Shown in pieces: positions 1-5,453 of a stretch of DNA of 6,578 bases. Made by a program: the position numbers and the translations under genes. The stretch lies in assembly GCA_030649345.1 (NCBI GenBank), contig JAUSKK010000050.1, forward strand, positions 1 through 6,578. The letters run 5' to 3'. Source of the DNA: Candidatus Iainarchaeum sp. Lineage in GTDB: Archaea > Iainarchaeota > Iainarchaeia > Iainarchaeales > 0-14-0-20-34-12. How positions within the stretch are numbered: the stretch's first letter is position 1; every line of letters starts with the position of its first letter. The notes below the pieces were generated by a model. That model was not told the origin of the DNA, searched no databases, and saw only the letters and a list, made by a program, of their open reading frames with translations.

Positions 1-548
1 ATTTCTACTTTTTTCCCTTTGCAATATTGTTTTGCATTCACAGTTGCTTCCAAAACATTCGGGAAAAATTTTAAGTGATTGTCTTTGATTAAAATCGCTG
101 AACTTAAATTCAAGCGATGCGGATAAACGCCTGCCAAGACTGCTGATTTTTTATCCAATAAATTAAAGCCAGGCAAAGTTTTTCTGGTTAAAGCAATTTG
201 AATTTTTGATTTTCCGATAATTTTTCTGGCATGAGCACAGGTAGTTGCCACTCCGCTCATTCTACTTAATACATTTAAGGCTGTGCGTTCAATTCCTAAA
301 ATACTGTGATTGTTTCCTTTGATTTCTGCAATTGTTTTTCCTTTTTTAATAAATTGTCCGTCTTTTGCAAATAATTTTACTTTGCATTTTTTTAAACTAA
401 ATAAATAAACCAATTCGTCTAAGCCTGCCAAAGTACAAGTTTCTTTTACTTGAATAATTGCAGTACAATTTTTGTTTGAAATTAATTGACTCGTAATATC
501 TCCTTGGCCTAAATCGTCTTGTAGAAATAATTTCAAGCGAGCTTTCAT
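1..548 (-). CDS. nadC: Nicotinate-nucleotide pyrophosphorylase [carboxylating] (quinolinate phosphoribosyltransferase), N-terminal ~182 codons. The C-terminal part lies beyond the window start.
   Basis: Hand translation of the minus strand from ATG (cat at 546-548) is open to position 1: MKARLKLFLQDDLGQGDITSQLIS...ILGIERTALNVLSRMSGVATT...ALTRKTLPGFNLLDKKSAVLAGVYPHRLNLSSAILIKDNHLKF... This matches the family hallmarks as I recall them: L-x-ED-x-G-x-GD-x-T near the N-terminus, ERTALN-x-L-x-x-x-SG-x-AT, TRKT-x-PG, and HR-x-x-L-x-x-x-x-LIKDNH. It is absent from the ORF track because it has no stop inside the window. The usual GGG before HR is AGV here. NadC versus the related ModD subfamily cannot be fully separated by eye. 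Confidence 0.8.
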   Translation of the reverse strand, partial: MKARLKLFLQDDLGQGDITSQLISNKNCTAIIQVKETCTLAGLDELVYLFSLKKCKVKLFAKDGQFIKKGKTIAEIKGNNHSILGIERTALNVLSRMSGVATTCAHARKIIGKSKIQIALTRKTLPGFNLLDKKSAVLAGVYPHRLNLSSAILIKDNHLKFFPNVLEATVNAKQYCKGKKVE

Positions 549-614
549 TTTTTTGGTTAACATATTTATTATTGAATAGCTTAGGTTTTTTAATACTTGA
601 AGCAAAAGAATAGT

Positions 615-1163
615 ATGAAAAAGCCTTTTCGGAGAGCACTTAAAAAAGCAGTCATTCTTGTAAGAAAACGAGTTCGTGGAATTACAGCACCAACTGAAAA
701 AACAGTGAAAGCATTTAGGCCTTATATCGAAAAACGATTGACTGCACAATCTAAAGGTGTTCCAGAAAAAGCAGAGCAATCTGCAAAAGAATCAAGAGAC
801 ATTACTGAGTTTGTCCGAAGATTGAGTCGAAGTTTTAGTGAAATTTCGCGAGCACAAAATAAAGAAAAACAAAAACTAGTGAGTAGAATCAATGCACGAT
901 ATGCTTTGAATGCTTTGGGAATTCGAGACATTGAAAAAAGAAGAGCTGTTTTAGCATTGGTAGATACTTGGATGGAACAAATTAATTACCACAGAGAAAC
1001 TGGAATGTTTAATTCACAACATTGGGTTGAAACAGCAGGGCAAAGATTATTAGCTATTTTAGGGCCTAATAAAAGCATTATATTTTCAGCACTGCTTTTA
1101 CAGAAAGATAAAAAATGGGAAAAAATGGAAGAAAAATTGCAAAAAGAAAATAATTTTATTTAG
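615..1163 (+). CDS. Hypothetical protein, lysine/arginine-rich, likely helical, no domain recognised (183 aa from ATG 615)
   Basis: A long open frame in an AT-rich sequence where random frames close quickly. The track ORF begins at TTG 597, but the first ATG is at 615 and an AT-rich TATA-like stretch (about 583-596) lies roughly 25 nt upstream of it. The stop is TAG at 1161-1163, overlapping the RuBisCO stop region by 8 nt. I could recognise no catalytic or family motifs. Confidence 0.6.
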   Translation: MKKPFRRALKKAVILVRKRVRGITAPTEKTVKAFRPYIEKRLTAQSKGVPEKAEQSAKESRDITEFVRRLSRSFSEISRAQNKEKQKLVSRINARYALNALGIRDIEKRRAVLALVDTWMEQINYHRETGMFNSQHWVETAGQRLLAILGPNKSIIFSALLLQKDKKWEKMEEKLQKENNFI

Positions 1164-2451
1164 GTTTTAAATGCCCCCATTTTTCAAGTGCTTGCTTTAG
1201 TTCTAAATGCGTGTGAGCATATTCTTCTAAAGTATAACCTGAATTATGGGCTTCAATGGCTTGCATGCTTGCTTTGGCTCCTGCGCGTGTTCCTTTAGGG
1301 TGGCCATGAATTCCTCCGCTCACCAATAAAACCAGTTCATTTCCGTAAATATCTAAAACATTGGGCACAAGACCAGGATGTAAACCTCCAGAAGAAACAG
1401 GGAAAGCAGATTTAATGTGCTGCCAATCTTGATTTAATAAAGTTCCATGTTCTTTGATTTTTTGTTCACGTAAAGTATCAGCAATTTCCAAAACTTCTTG
1501 TTTGGATCCAACCAATTTTCCGACTGCAGTTCCTGCATGAATTTGAGTAACTCCAATCAAGCGCATTATTTTGGCTAAAAATTGCATGCTTAAACCATGT
1601 TTTGGATTTCGATCAAACGTAGCATGCATGGCTCGATGCGCATGAATAGCTAAACCCAAGTCATCTGTATAGTCTCGTAAAGTTTGCACTGAAGCAGTTC
1701 CAGATACAACTACATCCATCATGCAATATTTCCAGCCATAGTCAGCCAGCATTTTTGCACGTTTTTTCATAACTTCAGTTTCAGCAGTAATATTAATGAA
1801 TGCATCTTTTTTGTCTCCAGTTAATTGTTCAGCTTTGTCTCTAAATTTTGTCATGAACTTTACTCTATCTTCAAATTTATTAAACGAAGTTGAACTCAAA
1901 TTTTCATCGTCTTTTACAAAATCAAATCCACCCATCCATGTTTCAAAACCTATTTCTGCATGTTCTTGAGCACTAAAACCAATTTTAGGTTTTGGCACAG
2001 CTCCAGTTAAAGGACGTTTGGAAACTTTCATCATTTTTCGAATGCCTTGCATTCCATGCTTAGGCCCCTTAAATGATTTTAAGTAAGCTTGAGGAAAAGA
2101 TACATCCAATAATTTTAAATTTTTTAAAGCTTTCATTCCAAAAATATTTCCTGCAATTCCGCTCAATAATTGCGGCATATTTCCGTTTTCCCATAAATCT
2201 AAAGGATAAGCAATTTTTGCAGTATTTCCTTTGTGTTCAAAAGCAGTAGCTTGCAGTTTTTTCATTCGCGAAGGCATTTTGAATAAAGTAGTCCAAGTGC
2301 CAGTAGAACTTTCAGAAGCAATTCTTCCCAAAGCTTCATTGACTGAAATTCCTGTATCGGGTTCAAAATAAAATAAAGCAATTAAATCTGTTTTCGCTGG
2401 CTTGTAATTTGGGTTCACAAAATCTAAATACCATTCTACGCGTTTGCTCAA
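1156..2451 (-). CDS. rbcL: Ribulose-1,5-bisphosphate carboxylase/oxygenase large subunit, archaeal form III
   Basis: The 431-aa product is collinear from residue 1 with archaeal form III RbcL as I remember the Thermococcus enzyme. Conserved motifs present: SESSTGTWTT, GIAGNIFGMK, VPKPKIGFS, GGFDFVKDDENL (KDDE encoded at 1903-1914), LAIHAHRAMH, QIHAGT, VGKL, SSGGLHPG, GGIHGHP, and C-terminal EKWGH. The start is TTG (caa at 2449-2451); the next in-frame Met is at residue 59. An AGGTGA Shine-Dalgarno site lies 4 nt upstream. Confidence 0.93.
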   Translation of the reverse strand: MSKRVEWYLDFVNPNYKPAKTDLIALFYFEPDTGISVNEALGRIASESSTGTWTTLFKMPSRMKKLQATAFEHKGNTAKIAYPLDLWENGNMPQLLSGIAGNIFGMKALKNLKLLDVSFPQAYLKSFKGPKHGMQGIRKMMKVSKRPLTGAVPKPKIGFSAQEHAEIGFETWMGGFDFVKDDENLSSTSFNKFEDRVKFMTKFRDKAEQLTGDKKDAFINITAETEVMKKRAKMLADYGWKYCMMDVVVSGTASVQTLRDYTDDLGLAIHAHRAMHATFDRNPKHGLSMQFLAKIMRLIGVTQIHAGTAVGKLVGSKQEVLEIADTLREQKIKEHGTLLNQDWQHIKSAFPVSSGGLHPGLVPNVLDIYGNELVLLVSGGIHGHPKGTRAGAKASMQAIEAHNSGYTLEEYAHTHLELKQALEKWGHLKPK

Positions 2452-2455
2452 ACTA

Positions 2456-2461
2456 TCACCT
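2456..2461 (-). promoter_or_regulatory. Shine-Dalgarno-like AGGTGA upstream of the rbcL TTG start
   Basis: The minus strand reads attatgactAGGTGAtagtTTGagcaaa. The upstream ATG is out of frame and closes after 3 codons (atg act agg tga). Confidence 0.45.
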
Positions 2462-2483
2462 AGTCATAATTAAGGAATTGGTA

Positions 2484-2492
2484 ATTTTTAAA
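2484..2492 (-). promoter_or_regulatory. Candidate TATA box (TTTAAAAAT on the minus strand) for rbcL
   Basis: An AT-rich box 33-41 nt upstream of the TTG start, which would give a short leader containing the SD. Assigned by position and sequence only. Confidence 0.3.
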
Positions 2493-2512
2493 GCTTGCGC
2501 TAAAGATTAATT

Positions 2513-2564
2513 GAAAATAAAAAAATAAAATAAGGTTTGCAGTCTAAAAAAAAAGAATGCAAAC
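2513..2564 (-). terminator. Probable transcription terminator of the DEAD-box helicase gene (oligo-T tracts plus a small hairpin)
   Basis: The minus strand after stop TAA (2567-2569) reads aagTTTGCAttcTTTTTTTTTagacTGCAAAccttATTTTATTTTTTTATTTT. It has a T9 run (2546-2554), a 7-bp inverted repeat gtttgca/tgcaaac (2535-2541 and 2558-2564), and further T-runs (2513-2530). Archaeal termination typically uses oligo-T tracts. Confidence 0.4.
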
Positions 2565-2566
2565 TT

Positions 2567-3814
2567 TTAGCGGTTGTATTGTCTTTTTTCACCAAAAGGT
2601 TTTCCGCGACCATGAGATGGCCTATGGCTTCCAGAACTAGAACTTCCTGAACTATGACTTCCGCGTGAACCATAGCCTCCGGATCGGCTGTCTCTGGAAT
2701 GGCTGCTGCCTTGGTTTCTTGAAAAACTTCTTCCTCTAGAAAATCCTCTTCCGCCTCTGGAAAAATTACGTTCTGGCAATTTATCCAATTCAATAAAGGT
2801 GGTAGCTTTTCCTTTGGCACCCATTCTTCCAGTTCTTCCAATTCTATGCAAATGTGTTTCAGGATCTCTGGCTTCATCATAATTAATAATGTGGGCTACA
2901 TCTTCGATATGCAAACCTCGAGAAGCTACATCTGTGGCAATCAAAATTCGAAAAGCTCCTTCACTAAAGTTTCGGACAATTCGTTCGCGTTTATTTTGAA
3001 CCAAGCCGCCGTGTAAGTATTGTGCTTTGACATGGCTTTCGTAGAGTTTTTGAGTCAAGTATTCTGCAGATTTTTTAGTGCTGACAAAAATAATAGTTCT
3101 AGACTCTGGTTCTTGATGCAAAATTTTTGTCAATGCATCAAATTTTTCTCGTCGGTTTAATTTAATCATAATTTCTTCAGTGTTTTCGACTTTAACTTGA
3201 TCGCCAACTTGCACCAAAGAAGGGTTTGACATATAGGTTCTTGCAATTTTTTGAATGCCTGAATCTACAGTTGCAGAAAACAACATTAATTGTCTGACTT
3301 TGCTGACACTGCCTAAGATTAAATTTAAATCATCTCGAAAGCCCATGTCTAACATTCGGTCTGCTTCATCTAAAACAATCACACTAAAATGAGACAAATT
3401 AATGGTGCCTCGCTTAGAATGATCCAATAGTCTTCCAGGTGTTGCTACAACAATATCGAATCCTTTTCTTAAAACGCCAATTTGCTGATGAATACTATCT
3501 CCACCGTAAACGGCATATACGCGTATTCCGTGATTGATTCCAATAGCCCTTAAATCTTTAGTGATTTGAATGGCCAATTCTCGAGTTGGAGCCAATACCA
3601 GGCCTTTTCTTTTTTTGTCAGCGATGACTTGCTCAATTAAAGCAATTCCAAAAGCTGCTGTTTTTCCAGTTCCTGTCTGACTGCGAACAATTAATTCTTC
3701 ACCATTTAACAGCAAAGGAATTGTTTGTGCTTGTACTTCTGTGGGCTCAAAAAAATTGAGCGAGTCCAAGGCACTCAGCGTTGGTTTGCTGAGATTCATA
3801 TCTTTAAACTTCAT
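2567..3814 (-). CDS. DEAD-box ATP-dependent RNA helicase with an Arg/Gly/Ser-rich C-terminal tail
   Basis: All core motifs are present in order: Q motif (F3 ... PTEVQ), I SQTGTGKT, Ia PTRELA, Ib TPGR, II DEAD (encoded at 3359-3370), III SAT, V ATDVASRGL, VI HRIGRTGR. The F3-to-Q28 spacing matches the usual N-terminus of bacterial DEAD-box proteins such as RhlE, which supports the ATG at 3812-3814 over the Met6 alternative at 3797-3799. Confidence 0.93.
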   Translation of the reverse strand: MKFKDMNLSKPTLSALDSLNFFEPTEVQAQTIPLLLNGEELIVRSQTGTGKTAAFGIALIEQVIADKKRKGLVLAPTRELAIQITKDLRAIGINHGIRVYAVYGGDSIHQQIGVLRKGFDIVVATPGRLLDHSKRGTINLSHFSVIVLDEADRMLDMGFRDDLNLILGSVSKVRQLMLFSATVDSGIQKIARTYMSNPSLVQVGDQVKVENTEEIMIKLNRREKFDALTKILHQEPESRTIIFVSTKKSAEYLTQKLYESHVKAQYLHGGLVQNKRERIVRNFSEGAFRILIATDVASRGLHIEDVAHIINYDEARDPETHLHRIGRTGRMGAKGKATTFIELDKLPERNFSRGGRGFSRGRSFSRNQGSSHSRDSRSGGYGSRGSHSSGSSSSGSHRPSHGRGKPFGEKRQYNR

Positions 3815-3950
3815 ATTTTTTCACTTTATATCCTATCTCATTTTTGTCTGTTGAATGCAAAAGACTCGTTTAGGTAAAAACAGCTCTTGAAAAATGAACA
3901 GATAAAAATCAGAATTTTTATATTTTTATACAAAATATATACGCAAACCA

Positions 3951-3958
3951 ATATTTAA
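3951..3958 (+). promoter_or_regulatory. Candidate TATA box (ATATTTAA) for the kinase gene, implying a leaderless mRNA
   Basis: It lies 24-31 nt upstream of ATG 3982, and no SD-like purine run lies between them. A tandem tttttata/tttttata (3915-3930) sits further upstream in the same divergent intergenic region. Confidence 0.3.
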
Positions 3959-3981
3959 GTGTTTCCAGTGTTAATTTTTGC

Positions 3982-4569
3982 ATGATTATTATTGTTTCTG
4001 GCCTTCCAGGTTCAGGTAAAAGCTCTTTGGTGGAACTTTTAAGCCAAGAATTTAAATTGAAAAAAATTTTTGCTTCCGGCATTTTAGAAGAATTAGGCAG
4101 GAAAAAAATGCAGGAAATTCACGTAGAAAATGCTGAAAAAGGACAAGGCTTTTGGGAAAGCAAAGAAGGAAAACAATTAATGAACAAACGAACGAATGAT
4201 ACTTCTTTGGATAAAACATTGGATGAAAAATTATTGGAAATTGCCAACACACAAGACAATGTGATTCTGGATTCTAGAACTATGCCTTGGTTGTCTCCAA
4301 AAGGAATTAAAATTTGGGTGGATGCAAGTGAAACAGTTCGAGCTCAAAGAATTGCTGAACGCGATAAACTAAAAACAAGCGAAGTGCTCAAACAAATGCA
4401 AGAACGCTTGAAAACTGATCAACAAATTTATAAAAAATTGTATGGTTTTGATTTAGGGAAAGATTTTTCTCCATTTCATATTGTAATCAACAATGAAACA
4501 ATTGGCAAAAAAGAAACAGCTGAACTGGTTATCAAAAAAATAAAACAGTTTCAAAAGAAAACAAAATAA
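3982..4569 (+). CDS. cmk: P-loop nucleoside-monophosphate kinase, archaeal-type cytidylate kinase-like (COG1102-like architecture)
   Basis: There is an N-terminal Walker A motif, IIIVSGLPGSGKSS (GLPGSGKS at 4000-4023). The later blocks match my recollection of archaeal Cmk layout and length (~190 aa): NVILDSR, IKIWVDAS..VRAQRIAERD, YKKLYGFD, FHIVINN. The central NMP-binding region is divergent, so substrate assignment is tentative. Confidence 0.6.
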   Translation: MIIIVSGLPGSGKSSLVELLSQEFKLKKIFASGILEELGRKKMQEIHVENAEKGQGFWESKEGKQLMNKRTNDTSLDKTLDEKLLEIANTQDNVILDSRTMPWLSPKGIKIWVDASETVRAQRIAERDKLKTSEVLKQMQERLKTDQQIYKKLYGFDLGKDFSPFHIVINNETIGKKETAELVIKKIKQFQKKTK

Positions 4570-5358
4570 TTAGTAGCTGCCTGTAAGTGCAGACCTAATT
4601 TCTCGTGAAATTCCACGTGCTTTTAAGTCATTATATACAGCCACTGTTTGTTTGGTTTTGTTAAGACCTTTTCTGAAACCTTTTGCTTTTACAGGATTTA
4701 AACCATTTGCAAAAAATGCTACACTAACACTTAATCCGCGAAAAAACGCTACTGCATTTTGACCTAGGCCTTCGGCAAATAACTCTGCTGTTCCAGGCGT
4801 CAAGGCACTTGCAAAACGAACAGCGGAATCATTGGTTAGGCCTGAAGCAAAATCCCCAGTAGTTGGGCCTAATTCTTTTGTAAATCCTAAAATCTGTTCT
4901 TTTAGACCACCTATAAACCAGGATAATTCGGATCCATTTAAACCTTGAACAAACAATCTTGTTCCATCTTTTGTTCTTGCCAAAGTTTTAGCAAATAATC
5001 CTGCGTGTTCACCAAGGGCACTGGCAAATCGTCCAACTTGCATGCTTGAAATAGAACGAGCAGGCAAACCCAATCTTTTCACTTCTCTGGAAGCAGACTT
5101 GTCTTGAATTCCTAAAGCTTCTGCAAAAGCTTTTGGATTCTGTTTAGCTAAAATACACAAACGTTGAACATCTTTTAAAGAAAATTTCCAGTTTCTGGAT
5201 TTGCCTAAAAAAAGAATTCGGTCATTCAAAAAAACAGGTTTTCCCAATGAATTAACTTCTGCTCTAGCAACCTTTCCCAGTATTCTTTGTTTTTGTTCTT
5301 TAGTCAAAGCAGATTTGGACAAACGATTTTTTACAACAGACATTCTTTTTGGAGTCAT
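4570..5358 (-). CDS. Hypothetical, strongly basic protein with about 11 tandem 11-12-residue F-[AF]-x-G-L repeats (262 aa)
   Basis: A 789-nt open frame in AT-rich DNA with Ala/Gly/Leu-rich composition. The ATG at 5356-5358 has a TATA-like box 23-30 nt upstream. The repeat units are FASALGEHAGL / FAKTLARTKDGTRL / FVQGLNGSELSW / FIGGLKEQILG / FTKELGPTTGD / FASGLTNDSAVR / FASALTPGTAEL / FAEGLGQNAVA / FFRGLSVSVAF / FANGLNPVKAKG / FRKGLNKT. I recognise no known family. Confidence 0.75.
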   Translation of the reverse strand: MTPKRMSVVKNRLSKSALTKEQKQRILGKVARAEVNSLGKPVFLNDRILFLGKSRNWKFSLKDVQRLCILAKQNPKAFAEALGIQDKSASREVKRLGLPARSISSMQVGRFASALGEHAGLFAKTLARTKDGTRLFVQGLNGSELSWFIGGLKEQILGFTKELGPTTGDFASGLTNDSAVRFASALTPGTAELFAEGLGQNAVAFFRGLSVSVAFFANGLNPVKAKGFRKGLNKTKQTVAVYNDLKARGISREIRSALTGSY

Positions 5359-5380
5359 TAAGAATAATATGTCAAAACTT

Positions 5381-5388
5381 AATTATAA
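5381..5388 (-). promoter_or_regulatory. Candidate TATA box (TTATAATT on the minus strand) for the repeat-protein gene, implying a leaderless mRNA
   Basis: It lies 23-30 nt upstream of ATG 5358 with no SD between them. The box directly abuts and overlaps the end of repeat copy 1 (...gtgaaaagCTTATAATTaag). Confidence 0.35.
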
Positions 5389-5389
5389 G

Positions 5390-5418
5390 CTTTTCACAGC
5401 TAACCTTATGTCTTCTGC
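5390..5418. repeat. Direct repeat copy 1 (29 bp, cttttcacagctaaccttatgtcttctgc), intergenic
   Basis: An exact 29/29 match to 5461-5489, verified base by base. It lies between the histone stop and the next gene's start. Confidence 0.95.
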
Positions 5419-5453
5419 AATCAGAACCTAGCGGTTCCGATACCTCCCTTTTA

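Noticed and set aside
597-614. TTG at 597 as the start of the orphan gene, as in the track
   Set aside because: Only a weak AGGT lies 11 nt upstream. The ATG at 615 has a TATA-like box at leaderless distance, like most ATG genes here. I kept 597 as an alternative but did not prefer it.
397-639. 80-aa ORF on the minus strand
   Set aside because: It is in a different frame from the nadC N-terminus, which has clear family motifs, and it spans the divergent promoter region and the start of the next gene. It is spurious.
722-931. 69-aa antisense ORF inside the 183-aa orphan gene. The antisense ORFs at 4052-4252, 5201-5431 and 5479-5679 are the same kind of call.
   Set aside because: All are short, lie antisense to longer and better-supported genes (Cmk-like kinase, repeat protein, histone), and have Cys/Phe/Ser-rich shadow-frame composition.
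1156-2451. The possibility that this is a RuBisCO-like protein (form IV) rather than a carboxylase
   Set aside because: The carbamylation Lys, metal ligands and phosphate-binding motifs are all intact.
2500-2880. 126-aa ORF on the minus strand overlapping the DEAD-box gene 3' end and terminator
   Set aside because: It is an alternative frame of the low-complexity RGG/Ser-rich tail region. It extends through the oligo-T terminator and has acidic low-complexity content with no support. The helicase frame is continuous with motif VI.
3797-3814. Met6 (ATG 3797-3799) as the true helicase start, because a TATA-like gatataaag lies only ~12-18 nt upstream of the first ATG
   Set aside because: The conserved aromatic residue of the Q-motif region (F3) sits exactly 25 residues before the Q, as in other DEAD-box proteins. 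That residue would be lost with the downstream start.
3846-3902. Possible small RNA or C/D-box sRNA in the 167-bp helicase/kinase intergenic region, with an imperfect inverted repeat tctgtt...aacaga
   Set aside because: There are no C (RUGAUGA) and D (CUGA) box pair in the proper arrangement. The inverted repeat is only 6 bp, and the region is better explained as two divergent AT-rich promoters.
5424-5450. tRNA fragment or T-arm-like GGTTCCGATACC in the spacer, which might mark a tRNA-type att site
   Set aside because: It has no complementary 5-bp T-stem around a 7-nt loop, no acceptor or anticodon arms, and only a 5-bp hairpin (gaacc/ggttc). It is not a tRNA or a recognisable fragment.
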